A stretch of DNA of 64,000 bases, from the NCBI GenBank assembly GCA_963842085.1, contig CAWJET010000001.1:736001-800000 (forward strand), given 5' to 3'. Numbering within the stretch: the first letter of the stretch is position 1; every line of letters starts with the position of its first letter. Positions 18,256 through 28,310 of this stretch are shown piece by piece. The DNA is from an uncultured delta proteobacterium (GTDB lineage: Bacteria; Desulfobacterota; Binatia; Binatales; Binataceae). A program made the translations under genes and the position numbers. The notes beneath the pieces were generated by a model. That model was not told the origin of the DNA, ran no database searches, and saw nothing but the letters and a program-made list of their open reading frames with translations.

Positions 18256-18620
18256 GCTCGCACGCGAGCGGGGAGCGCTCCGACCTGCGCTTCGAGCCGG
18301 TCGCGCAGTCTCGCGCAGACCATTTCGCACAACTCGAAGACCATTTCGTCGGCGATCGAATAGAAGGCGCTGTTGCCTTCGGGTCTTCGTCTCACCAGTC
18401 CGGAATCCTGCAGAATCCGCAGGTGCTTGCTGACGTTGGGCTGCGTCGAGCCGACGCTTTGGGCGAGCGCGGAAACCGAGCGCTCGCCCTGCTCGAGTTC
18501 GTGCAGGATGCGCAGGCGCAGCGGTTCGCCCATCGCCCTGAAGCGTGCTGCCACCATCTCCAGCGCTTGCGGGGTCAAGGCGCGCCGCGACTTTGGCCTG
18601 AAGCCGTTTCTTGCCTTCAT
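18252..18620 (-). CDS. ArsR/SmtB family regulator with C-terminal CxxxC
   Basis: EPLRLRIL...QPNVSKHL...EGNSAFY...LCEMVC. Confidence 0.9.
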   Translation of the reverse strand: MKARNGFRPKSRRALTPQALEMVAARFRAMGEPLRLRILHELEQGERSVSALAQSVGSTQPNVSKHLRILQDSGLVRRRPEGNSAFYSIADEMVFELCEMVCARLRDRLEAQVGALPARVRA

Positions 18621-18699
18621 GAGTAAATAGTTATATATCGACCTGGTCTCGAGTCAAACGCGGCGCCGCCGGTTTCATTCCGGCGCAAGGAAAAGCCCC

Positions 18700-19737
18700 A
18701 TGTTCTTTCGAGAATTGAACCGTGGAAAGTGCAAAACCTACATGCTCGGATGCGAGCGCACGCGGCGCGCCGCGGTGGTGGACCCGCTCAAAGAAAACAC
18801 CGCACGCTACATCGCGATCGCCGCGTATCGTGGCTTCCGGCTGGATTATGCGATCGACACGCACACCCACGCCGACCATCGCAGCGGCACCTGGGACCTC
18901 GCCGGATTAACCGACGCGAAGGTCGTAATGGATCGCCACGCCCCCGCGCCTAACGTCGACGTCCACGTTTCAAACAGCGATGTTCTCGAGGTCGGCGACC
19001 TGCGCGTGAAGTTCATGTTCACGCCCGGGCACACGCCCGACGGAATCAGCCTCTACGTCGACGGGCACGTGCTGACCGGCGACACCTTGTTGATTGGCGG
19101 CACCGGGCGAGCGGACTTTCCCGGTGGCGACGCCGGAAAACAATACGACGCGATCACCGGCCTGCTGTTCAAACTGCCGGACGACACGCTCGTGTTTCCC
19201 GCGCACGACTATCGCGGTAATCGGTGCTCGACGATCGGAAAGGAGAAAGCCACTAATCCGCGGGTTGCCGGGCATACACGCGACGAATACATCAGCATCA
19301 TGAATAATCTCGGCCTGCCGCTGCCCGACAAGATTCAGGAGGCACTGCAGGCCAATCAAACCGCGATCGAAGACGACTCCCTCAAATTCCCCGATGTCGC
19401 GCAGCTGAGCAGCGTTCATCAGGCAAGCGTTCCCGAATTGCGGGACCGCCTCGCCGGCGGGAACCCGCCGATCGTGCTCGACGTACGCGAACCAGACGAA
19501 TACCACGATGAACTTGGGCACATTCCGGGCAGTAGATCGATCCCGCTGAGAGCTTTGCCGAGTGAAGCGGGCAAACTCGAGAACCTGAAACACAGCGACA
19601 TCGTAGTCGTGTGCCGCGCCGGCGTACGCAGCAGCACCGCCGCCGCGATCCTCACCGCACTCGGTTTCGAACACGTGACCAACCTCAAGGGCGGGATGCT
19701 CGAATGGAACGAGGCCGGCCTGCCGGTGGAGCGCTAA
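18700..19737 (+). CDS. Persulfide dioxygenase (ETHE1-like MBL)-rhodanese fusion
   Basis: THTHADH, TPGHT, TGDTLLIGGTGRADF, PAHDY; C-terminal DVREP...VCRAGVRS...GGMLEW. Confidence 0.92.
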   Translation: MFFRELNRGKCKTYMLGCERTRRAAVVDPLKENTARYIAIAAYRGFRLDYAIDTHTHADHRSGTWDLAGLTDAKVVMDRHAPAPNVDVHVSNSDVLEVGDLRVKFMFTPGHTPDGISLYVDGHVLTGDTLLIGGTGRADFPGGDAGKQYDAITGLLFKLPDDTLVFPAHDYRGNRCSTIGKEKATNPRVAGHTRDEYISIMNNLGLPLPDKIQEALQANQTAIEDDSLKFPDVAQLSSVHQASVPELRDRLAGGNPPIVLDVREPDEYHDELGHIPGSRSIPLRALPSEAGKLENLKHSDIVVVCRAGVRSSTAAAILTALGFEHVTNLKGGMLEWNEAGLPVER

Positions 19738-19744
19738 TCGCGCC

Positions 19745-19843
19745 ATGCACGATTTCACGCCGGTCGCATCGCTCATCGGCGGTATTCTGATCTGCTTAAC
19801 CGGGGGGACGCTGCGGTCCGCGTCGGACGCGCTGGTCACGTGA
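19745..19843 (+). pseudogene. Remnant N-terminus of a YeeE/YedE sulfur transporter
   Basis: MHDFTPVASLIGGILICLT resembles the YeeE/YedE start (FTPxxxLxGGxLIG), then stops after 32 aa. Confidence 0.6.
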
Positions 19844-20082
19844 TTAAAGACTGAGAAGCATCGTGGTGGCTGATACTTCGGGTTCGAACCTCGAATGCGC
19901 TTCGTCATTCAGCCGCGAATTCGCGCGTTCGTAACAATCGAATCATCATGTCGTAACCGACGCTGGCTAGTTTTCCGCCGGCATGAAGCCTGTACTGGGC
20001 TTTTGTACGCAGGTCCAGAGCGAACACGGGTTTCGTAAGTGCTCTTGGAGCAGCAGTCGATTCCGGGGAGTACCCAGGGAGG

Positions 20083-21813
20083 GTGATGATGAGACGAACG
20101 ATCGGAATAATTGCGCTGTCGATGCTTGGTGCGGCGTTGATGCTCTGCGCCGTCGCGATCACACCGATGCCGGCGTGGAGCCAGGACGGGCGCGCGCTCA
20201 TGCTGTACACCGATCCCGCCAGCGGCCAGGTGTTCACCAAGCGATGCAAACATTGCGTCAGGCTCGGCGAATACGTCCCTGCCGGATCGACCGAAGAGAT
20301 CGAGCGCAAGGTCGAGGCGAAGACTCAGCAGCAACTCGAGCAGGAACGCGCTGCGATGCAGTCCGACATGGCGCAAAGGGCGGCCCAGCAGCAGCAGTGG
20401 AACGCCGAGATGGCCAAGCAGGTCTCCGAGATCCAGCCGTTCGCACAGGAGTTCGGCGATCGCTGGTACAAGAAGATCTCGCTCGGCACGCTGATCTACG
20501 GCGATTATGGCTACTTCAGCCACACCGGATTCGGCCCGCAGTTCCTGACTCAGCAGAACTGGCCCGGTCCCGGCAACAACAGCTTCAACTCGTTCAATAT
20601 CACGCGCGCATACATTGATTTCAAATTCACGCCTGTGGACGACATCTCAGCACGCGTGACGCCCAACATTTACGCGGCGGTTAACACCGGGACCACCTGC
20701 ACGACGTCCTCGACGTCAACGTCAACCGGCGGAATAAAAACTACTACGAAGACTACATGCACCGCGAGCAGCGGCGACAAGGTCGGTGCCAACAGCGCAT
20801 ACGGCCAGAGCCAGGATCAAGACCTCTCCTACCGCTTGAAGTACGCGTATATCGACTACAATACCTTCTTCAAAAAGGTTTTGAAGTTCGAACCGATGAG
20901 CGACGACAAGTTCACCTTCGGCCAGCAGCAGAATCCGCTGGTGGACTGGGAGGAGAACCTGTGGGGCTTCCGCTACACCGCCTTGACGCCGTGGAACTAT
21001 CTGAGCTTGAGTTCGTCGCAGGTCGGCGTTTCGATGAAGGGGCCGATCAAAGTTAACGAGACGCAGTACGCCGATTACGATTTCGGCGTGTTCGACGATG
21101 CCAGCTTCCACGCTATCGAGCAGAGCGCTTGGAAGCAGGTTATGGGTCGCGTAACGATTAATCCTTTAGGCGCCCACTCACGCTACGATAGCCTTGGTCT
21201 GACCGGCTTCTACGACTACGGCTACTCGAACAAATGCACGCCCGACGTGAGTTCTATTCCAGGAAGCAACACCACATGCGGGCATATGGCGCGCGCATCG
21301 GCGCTCGTGCACTACACCGCCGAGAGCTGGGGCGTTATCGGCGAGTGGGATTACGGCCACAATGCGTTCAGCAGCGGCAACCTCTTTTCGGGCAGCGGGC
21401 CTTCCGACGCGGTCGGTATCACCAGTTCCGGCCCCAGCAGTTTTACGGCCTGGAACAAGATGGTCGGCAATATTCTCAACAACGGTCAGGCGATACAGAT
21501 GGGCGCGGATTTGCTCGGCCACTGGGACATCCCGCACACCCCGTTCACCCTCTTCGGCCTGGTCGAGTGGTTCCAGCCCAACACGCGTATCGATAAAGAC
21601 CCGCTCGACTTCACCCGCTACGATTTGGGAGTGCAGTGGCTGATTAACAAATATTTCCGGGTGGCGTTCGATTCACAGGCCGAGCAGTACTATCACAGTC
21701 AGTTCACGTACCCGGCAACGGCGGTGCCGGGCCAGGCGAAGACGCCCGCGGTGCCGTACGCGGTGCCGCGCGATACGCACGCATTCTTCCTGAACCTGGA
21801 ATTCAGGTACTAG
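20083..21813 (+). CDS. Outer membrane porin-like beta-barrel protein
   Basis: Signal peptide, coiled coil, FNITRAYI, RLKYAY, terminal FLNLEFRY. Confidence 0.7.
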   Translation: MMMRRTIGIIALSMLGAALMLCAVAITPMPAWSQDGRALMLYTDPASGQVFTKRCKHCVRLGEYVPAGSTEEIERKVEAKTQQQLEQERAAMQSDMAQRAAQQQQWNAEMAKQVSEIQPFAQEFGDRWYKKISLGTLIYGDYGYFSHTGFGPQFLTQQNWPGPGNNSFNSFNITRAYIDFKFTPVDDISARVTPNIYAAVNTGTTCTTSSTSTSTGGIKTTTKTTCTASSGDKVGANSAYGQSQDQDLSYRLKYAYIDYNTFFKKVLKFEPMSDDKFTFGQQQNPLVDWEENLWGFRYTALTPWNYLSLSSSQVGVSMKGPIKVNETQYADYDFGVFDDASFHAIEQSAWKQVMGRVTINPLGAHSRYDSLGLTGFYDYGYSNKCTPDVSSIPGSNTTCGHMARASALVHYTAESWGVIGEWDYGHNAFSSGNLFSGSGPSDAVGITSSGPSSFTAWNKMVGNILNNGQAIQMGADLLGHWDIPHTPFTLFGLVEWFQPNTRIDKDPLDFTRYDLGVQWLINKYFRVAFDSQAEQYYHSQFTYPATAVPGQAKTPAVPYAVPRDTHAFFLNLEFRY

Positions 21814-21828
21814 TTACGAATCGGGAAA

Positions 21829-21861
21829 GCCGGCGCGAGCAGAGAAAATGCTCGCGCCGGC
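21829..21861 (+). terminator. Intrinsic terminator-like hairpin
   Basis: gccggcgcgagc-agagaaaat-gctcgcgccggc followed by tcgtgtttt. Confidence 0.7.
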
Positions 21862-21930
21862 TCGTGTTTTGGGCCTCGCCTCATACATTCTTGTGACTTA
21901 GAGGACCGGCAGCTATCCTTTACAATCGAA

Positions 21931-22305
21931 GTGCTGGGAAATTTTCTGAAATCCAGTCGGGGCGCGATCGCCGCATCTCTCCGCGTGGCCGCGTGCATCG
22001 TAAGCGTGGCGATGCTGCTTTCGTTTCCGATCACGAGGGCTCATAGCTTTGGCCAGCACTTCGGCACCACCGAGATACGCCACAATATCGTACGCCACAC
22101 CTTCGTCGCCGGGCCCGAGGCCGGAGGCGTGGAGAAGATTGCGCACGTCGATGCGCAGCCTGCGATTCCGGTGCCGTTGACCATCGAGAATGTCGCGAAG
22201 TGCTTGTTCCTCCGGACGATAGTTTCGGACGTTCCTACCTTCCGTATTCTGCAACATCTCAAGCTCGGGCCTTCGCGCTCGGGCGCGTCCGACCCACTGC
22301 TCTAA
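21931..22305 (+). CDS. Hypothetical small exported protein upstream of RND operon
   Basis: Hydrophobic N-terminal segment, 124 aa, co-oriented with the efflux genes. Confidence 0.5.
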   Translation: MLGNFLKSSRGAIAASLRVAACIVSVAMLLSFPITRAHSFGQHFGTTEIRHNIVRHTFVAGPEAGGVEKIAHVDAQPAIPVPLTIENVAKCLFLRTIVSDVPTFRILQHLKLGPSRSGASDPLL

Positions 22306-22422
22306 GCTCTAGATTCGGCGATCGAGCTCCTGTCGCAGGGTACGTTTGCGTACACGCGGCGGGATAGATCCGGAAACGTTGCTGGAGTTCGCTTCAGCCC
22401 TGGTCGCACGAGGTCAATTACA

Positions 22423-25400
22423 GTGCCTGGTTTCTCATTGCGCAACCCGCATTCCGTAATCGTGGGCGCGCTGCTGACGATCATTCTGGGCGTCGCGGCA
22501 TTTCTGAGCATGCCCGTCGACGTCTTCCCCAAGCTCGACATCCCGGTCGCGGTGGTCGCCACGTTCTATCCGGGGATGCCGCCGCTCGACATCGAGGCGG
22601 ACATCACGACCCGCTTCGAGCGGTTCTTCACGCTCGGCAGCGACATCGAACACATGGAATCGCGCTCACTGCCGGGAGTCAGCATCATCAAGGTCTTCTT
22701 CCAGCCAGGCGTAGATTTGAGCGCCGCGACAGCTTCGCTGGGCAACCTCGCGATGGCCGATTTGCGCCATTTGCCGCCGGGCACGCTGCCGCCGCTCATC
22801 CTGAAATCCGGCGCATCATCGTTGCCCGTCACGCTGGTGACCGTCTCAGGCGCGGGATTCAGCGAGGCGCAACTCCGCGACCAGGCGCAGTACAACATCC
22901 GCAACTGGATTGCGACCGTGCGCGGCACCTCGGTTCCTCCGCCGTTCGGCGGCAAGTACCGGCAGATCATGGCGTACGTCAATCGCGACGCCCTGCAGGC
23001 GCGCGGGCTCACCCTGATGGACGTCGTCCATTCACTAAACGACGCCAACCTCATCATTCCGGCGGGTGACGCGAAGATCGGCTCGACTGACTACTTCGTT
23101 TACAGTAACAGCATGATCGAGAACTCAGCCGACATTAACCAGGTGCCGGTGAAGGTCGGGGCCGGTGAAGCTCCCGTATTCGTGGGCGACGTTGGACACG
23201 CCGAGGACGCGGCACAGATTCAGCAGAACATCGTGCGCATCAACGGACAGCGCTCGGTGTACATCCCGGTCATGAAGCAGGGCCACGCCAACACGATCGC
23301 GGTGGTCGATGGCGTCGACCGGGTGATCACACGAATCGCCGGTCTGCCGGCCGGGATGAAAGTCAAAGCGATCTTCGGGCAGGACGCATACGTGCGCGCG
23401 GCGATCGAGAGCCTCGAGCACGAAGCGGCCTCGGGCGCGGTCCTTGCCTCGCTGATGATCCTGATTTTCCTCGGCAGCTTCCGCTCGACGGTTGCGATTT
23501 TCCTGTCGATCCCGCTTTCGATTCTGGCCGGCGCGTTCGGCCTGCGCATGAGCGGCGCGAGCATCAACGTGATGACGCTGGGCGGCTTCGCGCTCGCAAT
23601 CGGCCGCTTGGTGGACGACTCGACGGTCGTGCTCGAAAACATCAACCGCCATCTGGCCGAGGGCAAGACTCCGGTCGACGCCGCCCGCGACGGCGCCAAC
23701 GAAGTAGCGCTGGCGGTGCTCGCCTCGACGATCACGACCATCATCGTGTTCTCGCCGGTGATGTTTCTGTTCGGCGTAGCCAAGTCGCTGTTCAGCGCGC
23801 TGTCGCTGGCGGTGGTTCTATCGATGCTGGCGTCGTACGTGGTCGCGATGACGGTGATCCCGGTTTATTGCGCGCATTTCCTGACCGCGGAGGCGGGTCG
23901 AGAGGCGGAGGAAGGCGCAGGTCGCGGTTTTATGGCCGCGTTCATCCGCAGTTACGACCGCTTCGCCGAGCGTTACGAGCGCCTGCTCGATCGGGTGCTC
24001 AATCACAAAGGTGCGGTGGTGGGGGCTGCGTCGATTCTGTTCCTCGCGAGCCTCGCCGCGTTTCCTCTGCTCGGGACAGAACTGTTTCCCAGGACCGACG
24101 CCGGCCAATTTGTCATCCAGTTCCGCGCGCCGCTGGGAACGCGGATCGAGCTCACCGAGCAACTGGCCGAACGCCTGGAAAACACGATTCGCGCAGTGAT
24201 ACCGCCGGCTGAACTCTCGACGGTGGTTTCCAATCTCGGATTGGCGACGGGATTTTCGTCGATCTACTCGTCCAACGCGGCGAGCGATTCGGGGTTCGTG
24301 ATGGTGGCGCTCAAGCCCGACCATCGCGTCTCGACCTGGGACTACGTGGCCAGGCTCAAACAGATATTGCCCGCGCGCATCCCGGAAATTCGCACATTCT
24401 TTTCGTCCGGAAGCATCATCGACTCGGTGCTTAATTTCGGGCTCGCGGCGCCGATCGACATACAGGTTAGCGGGCAACACTACGCCCAGCTCTTCGACCT
24501 GTCGCGCAAAGTCGATGCGCGCGTGAAGGGCTTGCCGCAGGTCGCCGGGACATTCATCCCCGAGGAATCCAACTATCCCACCCTCAGGATCAACGTTGAC
24601 CGGGTGAAGGCCGCGCGCCTCGGCCTCAGCCAGCGCGACGTCGTCACCAACGTCATCACCGCGCTCACCTCCAATCAAATGATCGCACCGTCGATCTGGA
24701 TCGATCCGAAGACGGGCAACGACTACTTCCTGACCGCGCAGTACGCCGAAGATAATATCAATTCCATCGACACGCTGCGCGACATCCCGGTGCGAAGCAG
24801 CGACGGCGACCACTCCCGCGCCGACGCGCTGATGCTGCGCAACGTCGCCACCATAACCCGCGAGCGGCATCCCGCCGAAGCGGACCATTACAACATTCAA
24901 CGCGTCGTCGACGTGCTGGTTGCGCCAAGGACCGATGACATGGGTGGCACGCTGACGGCGGTCCAGAGGGCGCTGTCCCATCTCGACCTGCCGCCGGGAA
25001 CCGCCATTGCCTACCGCGGCTCGGTTGAGGCGATGCAGCAATCATTCGCGAGCTTCGGTTACGGACTCGCAATGGCGGTGGTGCTGCTCTACCTCGTGAT
25101 GGTGGCGCAGTTCCGCTCGTTCCTCGACCCGTTCATCATAATGTTCGCCGTTCCGATGGGGCTGATCGGCGTCGTGTGGACGCTTTACCTCACCGGCACG
25201 ACGCTCAACATCGAATCGTTCATGGGGATCATCGCGATGGTTGGGATCGTGGTATCCAACGCGATCCTGCTGGTGGACTTCGCCAACCGGCGCTTCCGCG
25301 GCGGGCAGGAACTGCGCCTGGCAATCGTCGAGTCGGCGAAAATCCGGATGCGCCCGATTCTGATGACGACGCTGGCCACGGTGGTGGGCCTGATGCCGAT

Positions 25401-25551
25401 GGCGCTCAAGCTGGGTGCCGGCTCGGAAGCCTCCGCCCCGCTCGCGCGCGCGGCCGCGGGCGGACTGGCAGTCTCCACGCTGCTGACGCTGTTCCTGGTT
25501 CCCGCGCTCTACGAAATATTCTACGGTCGGCAGCAGCAGGTATCCCGATGA
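22423..25551 (+). CDS. RND efflux permease
   Basis: 1042 aa; PVDVFP, GRLVDDSTVVLENI, RMRPILMT. Confidence 0.95.
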   Translation: MPGFSLRNPHSVIVGALLTIILGVAAFLSMPVDVFPKLDIPVAVVATFYPGMPPLDIEADITTRFERFFTLGSDIEHMESRSLPGVSIIKVFFQPGVDLSAATASLGNLAMADLRHLPPGTLPPLILKSGASSLPVTLVTVSGAGFSEAQLRDQAQYNIRNWIATVRGTSVPPPFGGKYRQIMAYVNRDALQARGLTLMDVVHSLNDANLIIPAGDAKIGSTDYFVYSNSMIENSADINQVPVKVGAGEAPVFVGDVGHAEDAAQIQQNIVRINGQRSVYIPVMKQGHANTIAVVDGVDRVITRIAGLPAGMKVKAIFGQDAYVRAAIESLEHEAASGAVLASLMILIFLGSFRSTVAIFLSIPLSILAGAFGLRMSGASINVMTLGGFALAIGRLVDDSTVVLENINRHLAEGKTPVDAARDGANEVALAVLASTITTIIVFSPVMFLFGVAKSLFSALSLAVVLSMLASYVVAMTVIPVYCAHFLTAEAGREAEEGAGRGFMAAFIRSYDRFAERYERLLDRVLNHKGAVVGAASILFLASLAAFPLLGTELFPRTDAGQFVIQFRAPLGTRIELTEQLAERLENTIRAVIPPAELSTVVSNLGLATGFSSIYSSNAASDSGFVMVALKPDHRVSTWDYVARLKQILPARIPEIRTFFSSGSIIDSVLNFGLAAPIDIQVSGQHYAQLFDLSRKVDARVKGLPQVAGTFIPEESNYPTLRINVDRVKAARLGLSQRDVVTNVITALTSNQMIAPSIWIDPKTGNDYFLTAQYAEDNINSIDTLRDIPVRSSDGDHSRADALMLRNVATITRERHPAEADHYNIQRVVDVLVAPRTDDMGGTLTAVQRALSHLDLPPGTAIAYRGSVEAMQQSFASFGYGLAMAVVLLYLVMVAQFRSFLDPFIIMFAVPMGLIGVVWTLYLTGTTLNIESFMGIIAMVGIVVSNAILLVDFANRRFRGGQELRLAIVESAKIRMRPILMTTLATVVGLMPMALKLGAGSEASAPLARAAAGGLAVSTLLTLFLVPALYEIFYGRQQQVSR

Positions 25552-26690
25552 AGATGATTCCGGGCCGCATACTGGCGGCGGTTCTGATAGCAGGGGCGGT
25601 AACTGGATGCTCGCGTGCGCATAACGATGCGACGCCCGATTTGCGACGCACGGTAGTAGTAGTTCAGCCGCAGCGCGGCGATATTACCCGCTCGATCACG
25701 TTGCCCGGAGATTTGGTCGGTTTTTATCAATCGACCCTCTACGCAAAGGTCACTGGCTATTTGAAGAGTATCTCGGTCGATAAGGGCGACTGGGTAAAGA
25801 AGGGGCAGGCGCTCGCCCAAATCGAGGTTCCCGAACTCCAGCAGAAACTCGCGCGCGCCAAGGCCGATATGGAAGTCCAGCACCTCACCTATCAGCGGCT
25901 CGCGCAGGTCTGGAAGAGCGATCCGCGGCTGGTCGCGCGCCAGGACGTCGATATTGCGCAGGGCAAGTACCTCGAAGCGAAAGCGGATGTGGACGAGCTC
26001 GAGGCGATGGTCTCGTACACTGAAATCATCGCGCCGTTCGACGGTGTCATCACCGGCCGTTTCGTCGATCCGGGCGCGCTGATCAAGGCCGGCGGAGAGC
26101 AGACCACCTCCACTCCTGAGCAGGGCTCCGCGCATCCCAGCAACGGCTCGTCGCCGGTTGTGAGTCTCGCGCTGATCGACACGATGCGCACCTATGTGTA
26201 CGTGCCGCAGGACGGGGTCGCAGCGATCAGGCGCGGCATGCCCGCCAGGCTGACGCTGCAGGATCTGCCGGGACGCACGTTCGAGGGCACTGTCGCGCGC
26301 TACGCCAACTCGCTCGACCTGGGAACGCGCACCATGCTCACTGAGATCGATCTGAAGAACCCCCGGCATGAGCTCTACCCCGGGATGTACGCGAACGTCA
26401 CGCTCGAACTCGAGCGGCATCGCGACGCGCTCAAGCTGCCCGAGTCGGCCATCGGCGATTCGTCCGACGGAAAATACGTAATGATCGCGCAAGACGGGAA
26501 GCTGCGGAAACAGGACATAACCGTCGGCATCAACACCGGCAAAAAGGTCGAGATAATCAGCGGTCTCAGCGGCGGAGAAGCGGTAGTGGCTACTCTCGAT
26601 CCTTCGATAGTTCCGGACGAAGTAGTCAATGTCGTACAGCAGAAACCCCAGACCGATGAACGATCGAACATCGTTGCAGAAACCCACTGA
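25548..26690 (+). CDS. RND periplasmic adaptor (MFP)
   Basis: Lipobox VTGC, AKVTGY, VDKGDWVKKGQ, APFDGVIT, PGMYA. Confidence 0.93.
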   Translation: MKMIPGRILAAVLIAGAVTGCSRAHNDATPDLRRTVVVVQPQRGDITRSITLPGDLVGFYQSTLYAKVTGYLKSISVDKGDWVKKGQALAQIEVPELQQKLARAKADMEVQHLTYQRLAQVWKSDPRLVARQDVDIAQGKYLEAKADVDELEAMVSYTEIIAPFDGVITGRFVDPGALIKAGGEQTTSTPEQGSAHPSNGSSPVVSLALIDTMRTYVYVPQDGVAAIRRGMPARLTLQDLPGRTFEGTVARYANSLDLGTRTMLTEIDLKNPRHELYPGMYANVTLELERHRDALKLPESAIGDSSDGKYVMIAQDGKLRKQDITVGINTGKKVEIISGLSGGEAVVATLDPSIVPDEVVNVVQQKPQTDERSNIVAETH

Positions 26691-26706
26691 GTATCGGAGC
26701 AATAGT

Positions 26707-28104
26707 ATGTGGAAATCGATTATCCGGTCTGCAGTTGTGTTCGCAGGCTGCCTACTGACTATAGCCACTCCGCGTTTCGCCGAAGCGCTCGAAACCTTGC
26801 AACCCGGCGAGAAACTCACACTCGAGCGCGCAATCGAGCTGACGCTGCACAACCATCCGCGCGGACTCGAGATGAAATCCGAGGCTGCTGCCGCGGGCGA
26901 GCGCGTGGGAGAGGCGCGCGCAGCGCTGCTTCCGCAGCTGTACGGCGGCGCCGAATACCTGCGCTCCACGGACAATCCGATTGGAAACACCACCTATCTC
27001 AATCCGGGGTTCATTCCGCGCATCACCGGCACGCTGCACGGTGCACCGACGAATGCGGCGCAAAGCTTTTCGACCTCGACCACCGACAACTATCTTGGAG
27101 GAGTAGCGGTGCAGCAGTACCTATTCGACTTCGGACGCGTTCGCGGCCGAATCGAGCAGCGCGACGAAGAGGCACACGCGGCCCGGTTTCAGTCGCAGGC
27201 AACGGAAATCGATCTCATATTCGAGGCGGCTCAACGCTACTTCGCGTTGTTGGCGGCCGGGCAAAAGGTAAAGGTCTATCAGAAGGCGATCGAGCAGCGC
27301 TCCGAGCAGCTCCATGCCGCGCAGGTCAAAGCCAGCGCCAACCTCACTCCCCAGATCGATGTACTCACGGCGCAGGCCGCACTGACGCGTGCGCAAACAG
27401 ATCTGCTGGAGGCCTCCGACCAGCAGGACATCGCCAGGGTGGCGCTCAACAACACGATGGCGATAAGCCGCAACGCACCGAACTACGAGCTGGCCGACGT
27501 GCTCACGTACAAGCCGGTTTCAGGAAACCTCGAATCATACTTCACTTCCGCAATCGCTCTGCGTCCGGACCTGCGCGCGCTCGAAGCCGAAGCGCGGGCG
27601 GCTGGTGCGCAAATCGAGCAGGCGCGCAGCGATTACTTTCCCTCGGTCGGAGCAACGGCCGGATACAGCGCGATGGGCACGGGCCTGCCGGCCGCGAATA
27701 ACTTCAACGCGGGAATAGTTGTGATCTGGCCGATCTTCAATGGCTTCGCGACGCAACATCAGGTCGAGGAAGCAAAGGCCACCCAGAACGCCATCCGCTA
27801 CTCGATCGAAGACCTGGAGCTGCGCGTCTGGCTCGACGTAAAGAGCTCGTACCTCGAGCTGCAGACCGCGGTGCAGCGAATCCATCAGGCAGAAGCAACG
27901 CTGGCCGCGTCTTCGGGGCAGCTCGAACTGGCCGACAAGCGCTACAATGCGGGTCTCGGCAATATCATCGAGCTCACCGACGCCGAGCGCTTTTATATCC
28001 AGGACGATGCGGCCTACGTCGACGCGCTGTACGCATACTCGGTGGCAAAAGCGACCCTCGATCGTGTTACCGGCGCGTCGCTCCAGGAGGTTCCCGACAA
28101 ATGA
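26707..28104 (+). CDS. TolC family outer membrane protein
   Basis: LTLERAI...HNHP, LFDFG, PIFNGF, RYNAG. Confidence 0.92.
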   Translation: MWKSIIRSAVVFAGCLLTIATPRFAEALETLQPGEKLTLERAIELTLHNHPRGLEMKSEAAAAGERVGEARAALLPQLYGGAEYLRSTDNPIGNTTYLNPGFIPRITGTLHGAPTNAAQSFSTSTTDNYLGGVAVQQYLFDFGRVRGRIEQRDEEAHAARFQSQATEIDLIFEAAQRYFALLAAGQKVKVYQKAIEQRSEQLHAAQVKASANLTPQIDVLTAQAALTRAQTDLLEASDQQDIARVALNNTMAISRNAPNYELADVLTYKPVSGNLESYFTSAIALRPDLRALEAEARAAGAQIEQARSDYFPSVGATAGYSAMGTGLPAANNFNAGIVVIWPIFNGFATQHQVEEAKATQNAIRYSIEDLELRVWLDVKSSYLELQTAVQRIHQAEATLAASSGQLELADKRYNAGLGNIIELTDAERFYIQDDAAYVDALYAYSVAKATLDRVTGASLQEVPDK

Positions 28105-28310
28105 TTACTGAGCTGATTTTGAGATGACGTTCCGTAGCAAAGAAGATCTATTGCGGCCTTTTATGATCTGGTGTTGCGCGACACTCGGCCACCTTTGCGC
28201 GCGAGTGTGAAAGACGCGGCGGTTCAACATCGATCGCTGGCGTGGAAGTCAATTGAAGAGTTGCACGTGAGCATGGCGCCGAAGTAAAGCAACAGACGGA
28301 GCCGCGCCAG

